A stretch of DNA of 32,000 nt from Ruminococcus albus 7 = DSM 20455 (GTDB lineage Bacteria > Bacillota > Clostridia > Oscillospirales > Ruminococcaceae): the NCBI RefSeq assembly GCF_000179635.2, contig NC_014824.1, forward strand, positions 330,001-362,000, read 5' to 3'. Shown one piece after another: positions 15,735-25,153 of the stretch (positions within the stretch are counted from its first letter, which is position 1; every line of letters begins with the position of its first letter). A program made the translations under genes and the position numbers. A model generated the notes under the pieces. The model saw nothing but the letters and a program-made list of their open reading frames with translations, had not been told where the DNA came from and did not search any database.

Positions 15735-17009
15735 GTGATCAAAGTAATTACATACGGAACATATGATATGCTCCATTATGGACATATTCGTCTACTTGAA
15801 AGAGCCAAAGCACTTGGTGATTATCTTATAGTTGGTGTAACATCTGATGACTATGATAAAACAAGAGGAAAAATTAATCTTCAGCAATCCTTGATGGAAC
15901 GTGTTGAAGCAGTCAAAGCGATAGGTATTGCTGATGAAATAATAGTTGAAGAATACGAAGGTCAAAAAATAGATGATATCCGCCGTTATCAGGTCGATAT
16001 TTTTACTGTTGGTTCTGATTGGGAAGGCAAGTTTGACTATCTTAATGAATACTGCAAGGTCGTATATCTTCCCCGTACTGAGGGCGTATCAAGCTCTGAA
16101 ATACGAGCTGAAAAGAGAAAGCTTAAAATTGGAACCATCGGCGGAAAAGGACTGTGTTCAAAATTCAAAAGAGAAATGCAGTTCGTGAACGGTGTTGAGT
16201 ATCAGGAATGTGGTAATGATTTTAAAAACGTTGATGCGGTATATATTGCAACACATCCCGAAAGACACTATGCCGATGTTAAGAGAGCGCTGGAACTTGG
16301 GAAGCACGTCATCTGCGAGTCACCTATTGCACTCAAAGTTGGTGAATGCAGAGAGCTTTTGAATCTGGCTCATGAAAAAGGTCTTATTTTGACTGATGCG
16401 ATTAAAACTGCATATTCTACTGCTTATTCAAGGTTGCTTGTTGTTGCAAAAAGCGGTAGGATAGGTGATATTATATCCGTGGATTCAGTATGTACAAGCT
16501 TGAGTGATAATGTATATGATGAAAATGTCGATTTGTCACGTAAACAAAATAGTATATGCGCATGGGGACCAACAGCTATGCTTCCAATTTTTCAGTTGCT
16601 TGGGACGGAGTATAGATCAAGTAATATTATTACTCAAATTATTGACAGTAATATAAACTTTGATGGATATACTAAAATTGATTTCGTTTATGATAAGGCT
16701 GTTGCATCTGCAAGAGTAGCAAAAGCAGCAAAGGCCGAAGGTGAACTCGTTATTACTGGTACCAAGGGATACATTTATGTTCCTGCACCTTGGTGGAAAA
16801 CTGATTATTTTGAGATTCGATTTGAAAATCCAGCTGATAATAAAAGGTATTTTTATCAGTTAGATGGAGAGGGAATTAGGTATGAAATAGTTGCGTTTGC
16901 AAAATCGGTAGAAAGTGGACGAGATAATTTCTATATCAATAATTCTATATCGTCAGAAATCTCTAAGACAATAGAAAAGTACAATTCTAATGATTACATT
17001 GAAATATGA
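15735..17009 (+). CDS. Bifunctional fusion: TagD-type glycerol-3-phosphate cytidylyltransferase (aa ~1-130) + Gfo/Idh/MocA-type oxidoreductase (aa ~130-424)
   Basis: The N-terminus VITYGTYDMLHYGHIRLLERAKALGDYLIVGVTSD ... FTVGSDWEGKFDYLNEYCKVVYLPRTEGVSSSEIR is almost colinear with B. subtilis TagD as I remember it. The rest has a Rossmann start (KIGTIGGKG), AVYIATHPERHYADVKRALELGKHVICESPIAL (the family's ..CEKP.. motif reading ESP here) and a dimerisation-type C-domain. GTG start follows GGAG. Confidence 0.85.
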   Translation: MIKVITYGTYDMLHYGHIRLLERAKALGDYLIVGVTSDDYDKTRGKINLQQSLMERVEAVKAIGIADEIIVEEYEGQKIDDIRRYQVDIFTVGSDWEGKFDYLNEYCKVVYLPRTEGVSSSEIRAEKRKLKIGTIGGKGLCSKFKREMQFVNGVEYQECGNDFKNVDAVYIATHPERHYADVKRALELGKHVICESPIALKVGECRELLNLAHEKGLILTDAIKTAYSTAYSRLLVVAKSGRIGDIISVDSVCTSLSDNVYDENVDLSRKQNSICAWGPTAMLPIFQLLGTEYRSSNIITQIIDSNINFDGYTKIDFVYDKAVASARVAKAAKAEGELVITGTKGYIYVPAPWWKTDYFEIRFENPADNKRYFYQLDGEGIRYEIVAFAKSVESGRDNFYINNSISSEISKTIEKYNSNDYIEI

Positions 17010-17021
17010 AAAGGAATAACA

Positions 17022-17870
17022 ATGAATAATGCAAAAGAATTAAGTCCGGAACAGTTTAGAAAAATGCAGCTGACAGAACTCGATATGCTTGTTGAGTTTG
17101 ACAGGGTGTGCCAGAAGAATAAGATCAGATATGTTTTGTTTGGCGGAAGTCTTCTTGGTGCGGTGCGTCATAAAGGATATATTCCATGGGACGATGATGC
17201 GGATATTGGAATGCTGCGTGAAGATTACAATAAATTTAAACGTCATATAAACGAATTGAATCCGGATATTTGTTATTTCCAGGATCATGATACAGACCCA
17301 GAGTATAGATGGGGATATGGGAAGTTGCGTAGAACAGGAACGAAATATGTTCGTGTTGGTCAGGAACATCTGAAATGTAAGACGGGTATATTTGTTGATG
17401 TATTTCCTATGGATGATATTCCTTTGTCAGTATTTGGACAGATACTACAGGATTTGCATTGCTTTTGTCTAAGAAAGATTTTATGGTCCGAAGTTGCTAA
17501 ATACAACACAAAAGGCTTTTGGAAGATATGGTTCACTCTTTTATCGAAGATTCCTGTTTCATTTGCATTTGATCAGTATAAGATTTATGAGAAAAAGAGC
17601 AGAAATCGCACTCCCAACAGAGTGAGATGTCTTTCTTTCCCGGCTACAGGAACCTTGTATAAGAAAAACCCTATCAACGAGCGTTATGGAATGCCAAAAT
17701 CATGGTTTACAGAAAGAAAGAAATATTTCTTTGAGGGAAAGTATTTTTTCAGTTCTCGTGACTTTGATACGGTGTTAAAGTATATTTACGGAGATTATAT
17801 GGAAATTCCAGATGAAAAAGGCAGAGAACAGCATTCGCCGTTTTCGGAAATAAAGTTTCCTGAAGAATAA
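17022..17870 (+). CDS. licD: LicD-family phosphotransferase, paralogue 2
   Basis: [30 protein letters not shown] plus a C-terminal YGDYMEIPD. Confidence 0.85.
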   Translation: MNNAKELSPEQFRKMQLTELDMLVEFDRVCQKNKIRYVLFGGSLLGAVRHKGYIPWDDDADIGMLREDYNKFKRHINELNPDICYFQDHDTDPEYRWGYGKLRRTGTKYVRVGQEHLKCKTGIFVDVFPMDDIPLSVFGQILQDLHCFCLRKILWSEVAKYNTKGFWKIWFTLLSKIPVSFAFDQYKIYEKKSRNRTPNRVRCLSFPATGTLYKKNPINERYGMPKSWFTERKKYFFEGKYFFSSRDFDTVLKYIYGDYMEIPDEKGREQHSPFSEIKFPEE

Positions 17871-17888
17871 ACAAGAAGGAGAAATAGA

Positions 17889-18686
17889 ATGATAGTAAAA
17901 TGCAAGCAGTCAGACATTGATCTGATCTTATCTTATATAGGCAATGATTATCCAAAATGCCTATATCTCTTTCTTAATGTAAATAAATATGGTTTGGAAC
18001 ACGGCAGAATTGAAGCGTTTATCCAATACTGCAAGGGTGATATCAGTTCTGTTATGTTGCAGTATTACTCTTGTTTACACATCTATTCAAAGGATAATTA
18101 TTTTGATAATGAAGAACTGACCGACTTCATTTTCTCTAAGAAAGAACTGACTATGCTTTATTGTGAAGCTTCAACCGCTGATAAGATTGCTTCAAACCTT
18201 TCCAAAAAGACAGACAAACAATTTTCTGTTACAAAGGGGTGGGTAGCTCAAATAAATGCTCTTAAAACAACTCCTAATGGTCTGGCAGAAAAGGCTGAGA
18301 GTAAAGATTTTGAACAGATTGTCAAAATGATCTATGATGATGAGGATATCGGGAGATCGTATAAATATGATGAACTGGCAAAACAGCTTGAAGAAAGAAA
18401 TAAAGAAGGGTATTCACGGAATTTAGTTATCAAGGATAATGAATTAGTAATAGCACACGCTTGTACAAATGCAGAATTTGAAAATGTGTCTGTTGTAGCA
18501 GAATTACTTGTCAGGAAAGAATATCGCAGGCAGGGTCATGCTTCAGAAATATGGGGAGATATCTGTAAAGAGTTGCTGGAAGAAGGGAAAGAGGTCTATT
18601 CATTTTATTATTCGTTTGAATCTCGTGCTTTACATAAGAAACTTGGTTTTGAAGAGGTTTGTGAGTGGTCTAAAATAGTATTCTAA
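17889..18686 (+). CDS. GNAT-family N-acetyltransferase (C-terminal GNAT fold; N-terminal ~150 aa unassigned)
   Basis: VAELLVRKEYRRQGHASEIWGDICKELLEEG ... LHKKLGFEEV matches the acetyl-CoA-binding motif A (R/Q-x-x-G-x-A/G) and the terminal beta-strands of GNATs. Confidence 0.65.
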   Translation: MIVKCKQSDIDLILSYIGNDYPKCLYLFLNVNKYGLEHGRIEAFIQYCKGDISSVMLQYYSCLHIYSKDNYFDNEELTDFIFSKKELTMLYCEASTADKIASNLSKKTDKQFSVTKGWVAQINALKTTPNGLAEKAESKDFEQIVKMIYDDEDIGRSYKYDELAKQLEERNKEGYSRNLVIKDNELVIAHACTNAEFENVSVVAELLVRKEYRRQGHASEIWGDICKELLEEGKEVYSFYYSFESRALHKKLGFEEVCEWSKIVF

Positions 18687-18704
18687 CGTTAATAGGTGGA
18701 TAAT

Positions 18705-19550
18705 ATGAATGAAGAAAACAAAAAAATATGGGCAGTTGAGCTTGATCTCCTTGAAAAACTAAAGGATATTTGTAATAAGTACGGTTTGAAATACTGTGCA
18801 AGTTCCGGAACTTTACTTGGTGCAGTACGTCATAAGGGTTTTATTCCCTGGGATGATGATATTGATGTTTTTCTTCCGTGGGCGGATTACAAAAAGTTAT
18901 TGGAAGTAGCACCAAAAGAATGTTCCTATCCGTTCTTCTTTCAGAGTTTTCTGAATGAAAAGGACGGTGAAACAAGTGCTAGTAGACTTAGAAGAAGTGA
19001 TACTACTGGTTTTACAAAATGGGAGTATGAAAATGTCGGTGCTGACTATGACAAAGGTATTTTTATTGACATTTTTCCGCTGTTCTATGTTCCTGAATCT
19101 AAGGCTGATCAGGCTGCTCAAAAGGAAACCATTATGTTTTTCTGGAAATGCATTAGAGGACATGACGCATTAGTCCAAATTAACAGAGGAAAAACACCAA
19201 ACCCAGACTATGAAAAGTACATAATGTATTATAAATGCGTAAGTGAATCAATGACAATCACGGATATCAAATGGGCCTATCTAAACGCTTGTGCAATTGA
19301 TGATAAACCTACATCGATAGTAGGTGCAACTTCTTCTCGTGTGCATTTAGATTCTCTTATGTGGGAAACAGCACTCTATGACGAGTATATTGATTTACCA
19401 TTTGAAAATACGACAATCAAAGTGCCAAAATACTACGAGGCTGTTTTGGATAAACAATATGGCGATTGGAGAACACCCATTGAAAATGGATCTCGGCATG
19501 AAATGATTGTTATAGATACTGAAACACCTTGGAGAAAGTATATGAAGTAG
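18705..19550 (+). CDS. licD: LicD-family phosphotransferase, paralogue 3
   Basis: [26 protein letters not shown] plus a C-terminal YGDWRTP. ATG 18705 follows AGGTGG. The track start GTG 18696 lies inside the RBS. Confidence 0.85.
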   Translation: MNEENKKIWAVELDLLEKLKDICNKYGLKYCASSGTLLGAVRHKGFIPWDDDIDVFLPWADYKKLLEVAPKECSYPFFFQSFLNEKDGETSASRLRRSDTTGFTKWEYENVGADYDKGIFIDIFPLFYVPESKADQAAQKETIMFFWKCIRGHDALVQINRGKTPNPDYEKYIMYYKCVSESMTITDIKWAYLNACAIDDKPTSIVGATSSRVHLDSLMWETALYDEYIDLPFENTTIKVPKYYEAVLDKQYGDWRTPIENGSRHEMIVIDTETPWRKYMK

Positions 19551-19600
19551 ATTTATTATAGTTTTTTTGTTCAGTGTATTAAGTAGGAGGTGGAATTTGG

Positions 19601-20578
19601 ATGATCAGTATAATTGTTCCTGTATATAATACTTCGCAGTTCCTTGATAGATGTTTGCAGTCTTTAGTGTCACAGACATATAAAGATATTGAGATTATCC
19701 TTATTGACGATTGTTCTACTGATAATTCAGCAGAAATAATGCGTCAATGGGAAACCAAAGACGATAGAATAAAAGCGATATATAAAAGTGAAAACACAGG
19801 AGTTAGCGATTCTAGGAATCGTGGACTAAGCATTGCAAATGGAGATTTTATTGGATTTGTCGATAGTGATGACTGGATTGATCCGAATATGTATTTCAAA
19901 ATGAATGAATCTTTAATTAAATTTGATGCTGATATTGCTATATGTTCAACAAGAAAAGTTTATTCTGATAGAAATGAAGATTTATTAGTGCCAAATAATG
20001 AATCATGTATATCAAGAGAAGAAGCTTTTTCTACTTGTTTAAAGTATCTTGGTCGTGGATCAAATAATATGTTTCTGTGGAACAAATTATTCAGAAAAAA
20101 TATTTTTGATACTATTCCTAATTTTCATACTGATATACGATATTGCGAAGATATTTTATGGGTAACAGAGGCATTTTGCAAAGCAAGAAAATTTGTTCTG
20201 TGCTCAGACATTGGATACTATTACAGATGCCTTAGAGAAGGCAGTTCAATCAATCTGCTAAATAATGGAATCACCGATCCGATAAATGCATATAACTTGA
20301 TTTGCAAAGAATTGATCAATCATAATATAAGTTGTTCAAATGCTGCATACCAAAGAATGATTGATTACAAAGATATCTTATTTAGAAATGCTGCAAAACA
20401 AGGAAATATAAAGATGTTTCGAATAGGGGCAAATAAATACAACAGGCATTTATTTCGTTGGCTTTGGAGAGAAAAGAATTATTATGCATTAAAATGGGTA
20501 GTTCGTAAGGAGATATCTATATTATATTATTCTATTATTTTGATAATTAATAAAGTTAAATATTTTTTCTGTTCGTGA
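19601..20578 (+). CDS. GT2-family glycosyltransferase
   Basis: ISIIVPVYNTSQFLDRCLQSLVSQTYKDIEIILIDDCSTDNS followed by GFVDSDD (DxD). AGGAGG RBS. Confidence 0.85.
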   Translation: MISIIVPVYNTSQFLDRCLQSLVSQTYKDIEIILIDDCSTDNSAEIMRQWETKDDRIKAIYKSENTGVSDSRNRGLSIANGDFIGFVDSDDWIDPNMYFKMNESLIKFDADIAICSTRKVYSDRNEDLLVPNNESCISREEAFSTCLKYLGRGSNNMFLWNKLFRKNIFDTIPNFHTDIRYCEDILWVTEAFCKARKFVLCSDIGYYYRCLREGSSINLLNNGITDPINAYNLICKELINHNISCSNAAYQRMIDYKDILFRNAAKQGNIKMFRIGANKYNRHLFRWLWREKNYYALKWVVRKEISILYYSIILIINKVKYFFCS

Positions 20579-20678
20579 ATATAGTGACTATAAATTCGTA
20601 GTAACAATCGGGTCAATGGTAATTAGGATATATATGGTAACAAAAAATAGTTAAAGAAAAAGACGGCAGGATGTTGAT

Positions 20679-21791
20679 ATGAAAAAGATTGCTATTCTAA
20701 CCATTACTGATGGACAAAATTATGGAAATCGCCTTCAGAACTATGCTCTTCAAAAAGTTTTGACTGGCTTAGGTTATGATGTTGAAACAATTCAGAGAAG
20801 AACGTGGCGTGACCTAAGAGGAATAAAGAAATATAAGCAGCTTATTAAAAATATGATAAAGAGTGTATTGGGTTATCCTAGTTGCAGGTTCCGCAAGCTA
20901 CGTGTCAGGTCGTTTGATAAGTTTAATAAAAGATATTTAAAGTTCTCAGACGTTGTTCTATGCGATAATCGTTATCCCAGCGGTCTGTCAAAAAGATACG
21001 ATTATTTTGTTGTAGGCAGCGATCAAGTATGGAATGCGGGATTCAGGATAATATATGAGGATATAAAGAATCATCTGGCTTATTTTGCAGAATCCCAACA
21101 GAGAATATCATATGCAGCAAGCTTTGGGACAAATTGTATTGCATCCGGATATGAAGATATCTTTAAAGAGGAACTGCCGAAATTTAAGGCCGTTTCGGTA
21201 AGAGAAATAAGCGGTGTGAAGATAGCTAGAGAATGCGGTGTTGAAGCAACCGTCGTAATCGACCCGACAATGTTGCTGACTAGCACACAATGGCTTGAGA
21301 TTGCTAAGAAGCCATCATACATAGAGGATGAACCTTTCGTAATGACTTATTTTCTTGGCGGCAGAGATGATGAACTAAAGGATTATATACGAAGGATATC
21401 TGAAGGTAAAAAAATTGTAGATCTTGAGATAGAATCTGTTACAGATGATAAAATAAGCTCTATAGATGTATATTGCTCTGCGCCTGATGAATTTGTGTGG
21501 TTGGCAGCAAACGCCGATTGTATTATTACAGATTCTTTCCACGCAACTGTGTTTTCAATCCTTTTTCACAGACCTTTCTGCGTATTTGAAAGAAAGGCTA
21601 TTAATAAAAGCTACAAAATGGGCAGTAGATTAGATACTTTGTTAGGGCTTTTTCATTTAGATAGATTTCATGACAGTAATAGAAGTTTTTCAGTAATCCC
21701 TGAAGAATATGTAACTGATGAAATAGAACAAATCCTAATGACTGAGAGAAAAAAATCTATGGAATTTTTAAGGAGTGCATTATCTGAATGA
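20679..21791 (+). CDS. Polysaccharide pyruvyl transferase family protein (ketal-pyruvate transferase)
   Basis: KIAILTITDGQNYGNRLQNYALQKVL, VVGSDQVWN and ITDSFHATVFSILFHRPF fit the PS_pyruv_trans (WcaK/CsaB/EpsO-like) pattern. Confidence 0.75.
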   Translation: MKKIAILTITDGQNYGNRLQNYALQKVLTGLGYDVETIQRRTWRDLRGIKKYKQLIKNMIKSVLGYPSCRFRKLRVRSFDKFNKRYLKFSDVVLCDNRYPSGLSKRYDYFVVGSDQVWNAGFRIIYEDIKNHLAYFAESQQRISYAASFGTNCIASGYEDIFKEELPKFKAVSVREISGVKIARECGVEATVVIDPTMLLTSTQWLEIAKKPSYIEDEPFVMTYFLGGRDDELKDYIRRISEGKKIVDLEIESVTDDKISSIDVYCSAPDEFVWLAANADCIITDSFHATVFSILFHRPFCVFERKAINKSYKMGSRLDTLLGLFHLDRFHDSNRSFSVIPEEYVTDEIEQILMTERKKSMEFLRSALSE

Positions 21792-23317
21792 AGATTGAGC
21801 GAACCAAAAATGCAGCAAGAAATATTGTTTGGGGAATTATAGAAAAAGTAGCTTCATTATTACTACCATTTGCAGTAAGAACAATAATGATTAAAGCTCT
21901 TGGTTCTGAATACTTAGGATTAAGTAGTTTGTTTACATCAATTCTATCTGTTCTCAGTATTTCAGAACTCGGAATAGGTACGGCTATTGTATTCAGTATG
22001 TACAAGCCAATCGCTGAAGATGATAATGATATGCTTTGTGCTTTGCTTAATGCATATAGAAGTGTGTATAGATTGATTGGAATAATAATTCTTTTTGCAG
22101 GAATAGCCATTACCCCATTTCTTCCTAAACTGGTAAAGGGCTCAGTTCCTTCAGATGTAAGTTTGTACGCTCTGTATTTTATCTATTTGTTTAATACTGT
22201 TATTAGCTACTTTTTGTTCTCATATAAGGCTGCATTGTTTTCTGCATTTCAGAGAAATGATTTAGTATCTAAGCGCAGTTTTGTAATAAATCTTGTTAGC
22301 AACATATATAAAATTGTTGTATTACTCTTGTTTCACAATTATTATATATATGTTATTGTTATTCCAGCAGCTACTATTGCAACAAATTTATTGAATGCAT
22401 ATTTAGCTAATAAAATGTTTCCTGATATACAGTGTAAAGGTGTGTTACCAAAGGAAACTAAGGATGGAATAAAGAAAAGAATAATTGGACTTATGTCATT
22501 TAAGATCTACAATGTTGTTTTTGCATCAGTAGACAGTATAGTTATTTCGTCTTTTCTTGGATTGACACCCCTTGCAATATATAATAATTACTATTATGTA
22601 CAGAATTCATTAGTTGGATTTTTAGTGATACTTACATCATCAATAACTGCTGGTGTAGGTAATAAAATGGTAACTAACAGCAAGGAAGATAATTATTCAG
22701 ATTTCAAAAAAATCACGTTTGTTAATGGCTGGATATGCAGCTTGTGTGCAGTTTGTATGTTTTGCTTATATCAGCCGTTCATGGTGTTATGGGTCGGAAA
22801 GGAACTGGTATTTCCATTCAGTACAATGACACTGATGGTTTTTTATTTTTTGCTTCCAAGAATCACAACGATCCAGTATACCTATAGGGAAGCTGCTGGT
22901 TTATGGTGGGAAGACCGTTTCAGACCATTGATTGCGACTGTCGTAAATCTGAGCACCAATCTGATACTCGTTCAGATTATAGGAATGAACGGAGTTATCA
23001 TTTCTACACTTATCTGTACTGTTTTTATTAATGTTCCGTGGGGAGCAATTGTGCTATTTAAGAAGTATTTTAATATGTCTCCCAGAGAATATTTTTATCA
23101 TATAGCTTTCTATCTTTTGATCACTTCTTTGGCGGGAGTTATTACTTATTCATTGTGTTGTATCATACCACTTAAGGGAATCGTTAACCTAGCGATTAGA
23201 AGTGTATTTTGCCTGATAATACCAAATGTGGTTTTCTGGATATTCTATCATAAAAGAGAAGAATACTCATTTGCTGTAGGATTGGTTTGCAGAATAAAAA
23301 AGCATGTACTTAAATAA
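21788..23317 (+). CDS. wzx: Wzx-type oligosaccharide flippase (MOP superfamily)
   Basis: 509 aa and polytopic. The N-terminus ARNIVWGIIEKVASLLLPFAVRTIMIKALGSEYLGLSSLFTSILSVL is typical of polysaccharide-biosynthesis (Wzx) flippases. ATGA overlap with the upstream gene. Confidence 0.8.
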   Translation: MKIERTKNAARNIVWGIIEKVASLLLPFAVRTIMIKALGSEYLGLSSLFTSILSVLSISELGIGTAIVFSMYKPIAEDDNDMLCALLNAYRSVYRLIGIIILFAGIAITPFLPKLVKGSVPSDVSLYALYFIYLFNTVISYFLFSYKAALFSAFQRNDLVSKRSFVINLVSNIYKIVVLLLFHNYYIYVIVIPAATIATNLLNAYLANKMFPDIQCKGVLPKETKDGIKKRIIGLMSFKIYNVVFASVDSIVISSFLGLTPLAIYNNYYYVQNSLVGFLVILTSSITAGVGNKMVTNSKEDNYSDFKKITFVNGWICSLCAVCMFCLYQPFMVLWVGKELVFPFSTMTLMVFYFLLPRITTIQYTYREAAGLWWEDRFRPLIATVVNLSTNLILVQIIGMNGVIISTLICTVFINVPWGAIVLFKKYFNMSPREYFYHIAFYLLITSLAGVITYSLCCIIPLKGIVNLAIRSVFCLIIPNVVFWIFYHKREEYSFAVGLVCRIKKHVLK

Positions 23318-23392
23318 TGAATGTAATATGCTTTAAATAGTCGGATTAATATGATAGCGTAGATAGCTGTAAGTTACGGAGGAAATAAATAT

Positions 23393-25132
23393 ATGGGAAA
23401 GTATTCTGTAGAAAAAAGTATTCAGATTCTTATTGCAATATTAAAGGCAAATAACATAAGAAAGGTTATTGTCAGTCCCGGCACAACAAATATCAGCTTG
23501 GTTGTAAGTATGGTGAACGACGGAAGCTTTGAAATGTATTCTGCTGTAGATGAGCGAGGTGCAGCATATATTGCCTGCGGTCTTGCATCGGAAAGCGGAG
23601 AACCCGTTGTTATTACTTGCACAGGTTCAACTGCATCCAGAAATTACTACCCAGGACTGACCGAAGCGTTTTATCGCAAATTACCTATCCTTGCAATTAC
23701 TGCTTCTCAGGATTTTGTTCGTAACGGAAATCTAAGTCCCCAATTCATTGATAGAACTCAGCAGCCCAAAGACAGCGTTTTGCTCAGTGTCCAGATTCCA
23801 ATTGTCAGAAATTCAGCTGATGAATATGATGCTACAATTAAGATCAACAGAGCTGTAACGGAGCTTTTTCACCATGGCGGCGGACCTGTACATATTAATC
23901 TAGCTTCGAGCTATACTAATGATTTTTCTGTTGAAGAATTACCAAGTGTTCATATAATTAATCGACATACATATAGTGACCAAAAACAATATCCCAAAAT
24001 TGAGCTGGGTAAAAAAGTTGGTATAATTATTGGAAATCATAAAACATTCAGTGTGCAGTTAACAGAAGCAATCGACAATTTCTGTGCAATATACGATGCA
24101 GTGGTGATCGTTGATCACAGCAGTCACTATTGGGGAAATTACAGAGTTCTTCCTACAATTCTTACTTGCCAGGGAGCTCATAACTCTAAATTGTTTGATT
24201 TTGAATTATTGATCCATATTGGTGAGGCACACGGTGATTATTATACTGAACCATATATGAAGCGTGCGAAAGAAGTATGGCGCATAAGCGAAGATGGCGA
24301 GATAAGGGATACATTTGGGGTATTAACCAATTTGTTTGAAATGACGGAATTACACTTCTTTGATACATATAACAAAAACTTTCAAGAAGTGAATCCTAAG
24401 CATGATCAAAGAGATCTGTTTTATAAAGAAATAAATGATATATATGATCAAATTCCAGAGCTGCCTTTTTCAAATATATGGATTGCTCAGCAAATTATTC
24501 CCCAATTTCCTTCGGATGCTTGTTTGGAATTAGGAGTTAGCAATACCATGAGATCATGGACATTTTTTGATTTCAAATCGGAAGTCTATGTTTTGGCTAA
24601 CACAGGATGTCGTGGAATCGATGGAGCTATTCCTACATTGGTCGGAATGTCACTTGCAGATCCTGAAAAAATACATTTTGCGGTCATGGGTGATTTGACG
24701 TTCTTTTATAGCTTTAATGTTCTTGGAAACCGACATATTGGTAAGAATTTAAGAATTTTGTTGGTCAATAATGGATGTGGCGAAGAATTCAATATATACT
24801 CAAATAGGGCATATAAAATATATGATGGCGATCACGAAAAAATTAATGAGTTTATCGCAGCCGGAAATCAAACCGGAACCAGATCAAAACAATTAGTGAA
24901 ACATTTTGCAGAAGATATTGGAATGAAATATATGACTGCATCAAATAAAGAAGAATTCACGCAATTATTGCCGGAATTTTTAAATACTGAGTCTGAAAGC
25001 GACTCCATTATTTTTGAAGTCTTTACAGATGTTGATGAAGAAAATACCGCATTAAAACTCATAAGAAATATAAGAATTGATACATCATCAGCTATAAAAG
25101 GGAAAATCAAAAGTTTATTGGGAAGAAAATAA
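23393..25132 (+). CDS. Thiamine-diphosphate enzyme of the MenD (SEPHCHC synthase) type, in a non-menaquinone context
   Basis: Three-domain-size ThDP enzyme (579 aa). The N-terminal Pyr domain VIVSPGTTNISLV...AVDERGAAYIACGLA...PVVITCTGSTASRNYYPGLTEAFYRKLPILAITAS parallels MenD (..SPGSRS.PL....DER...F.ALG......PV.L.CTSGTA.ANL.PA..EA....PL..LTAD) rather than acetolactate synthase (HEQ). The PP-domain motif MGDLTFFYSFNVLG......LRILLVNNGCGEEF parallels MenD GDLS..YD.N.L.......L.I...NN.GG.IF. Confidence 0.7.
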   Translation: MGKYSVEKSIQILIAILKANNIRKVIVSPGTTNISLVVSMVNDGSFEMYSAVDERGAAYIACGLASESGEPVVITCTGSTASRNYYPGLTEAFYRKLPILAITASQDFVRNGNLSPQFIDRTQQPKDSVLLSVQIPIVRNSADEYDATIKINRAVTELFHHGGGPVHINLASSYTNDFSVEELPSVHIINRHTYSDQKQYPKIELGKKVGIIIGNHKTFSVQLTEAIDNFCAIYDAVVIVDHSSHYWGNYRVLPTILTCQGAHNSKLFDFELLIHIGEAHGDYYTEPYMKRAKEVWRISEDGEIRDTFGVLTNLFEMTELHFFDTYNKNFQEVNPKHDQRDLFYKEINDIYDQIPELPFSNIWIAQQIIPQFPSDACLELGVSNTMRSWTFFDFKSEVYVLANTGCRGIDGAIPTLVGMSLADPEKIHFAVMGDLTFFYSFNVLGNRHIGKNLRILLVNNGCGEEFNIYSNRAYKIYDGDHEKINEFIAAGNQTGTRSKQLVKHFAEDIGMKYMTASNKEEFTQLLPEFLNTESESDSIIFEVFTDVDEENTALKLIRNIRIDTSSAIKGKIKSLLGRK

Positions 25133-25153
25133 GATTATTTAAAGGGAATTCGA

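Noticed and set aside
2513-18704. Longer N-terminal extensions offered by the ORF track (2513, 4194, 4402, 12329, 14570, 18696, 28177)
   Set aside because: In each case a downstream in-frame ATG has a properly spaced Shine-Dalgarno sequence and removes an overlap with the preceding gene or an extension lacking homology. The shorter starts were adopted (2561, 4206, 4459, 12338, 14633, 18705, 28183).
14570-25132. 2-aminoethylphosphonate (phosphonate) decoration pathway, suggested by PhnW-like class-V aminotransferase + LicD genes + a ThDP enzyme
   Set aside because: No PEP mutase gene is present anywhere in the window. The ThDP enzyme is a full-length MenD-type protein rather than a ~380-aa phosphonopyruvate decarboxylase. 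The cytidylyltransferase is TagD-type rather than the LicC/PntC type associated with phosphonates.
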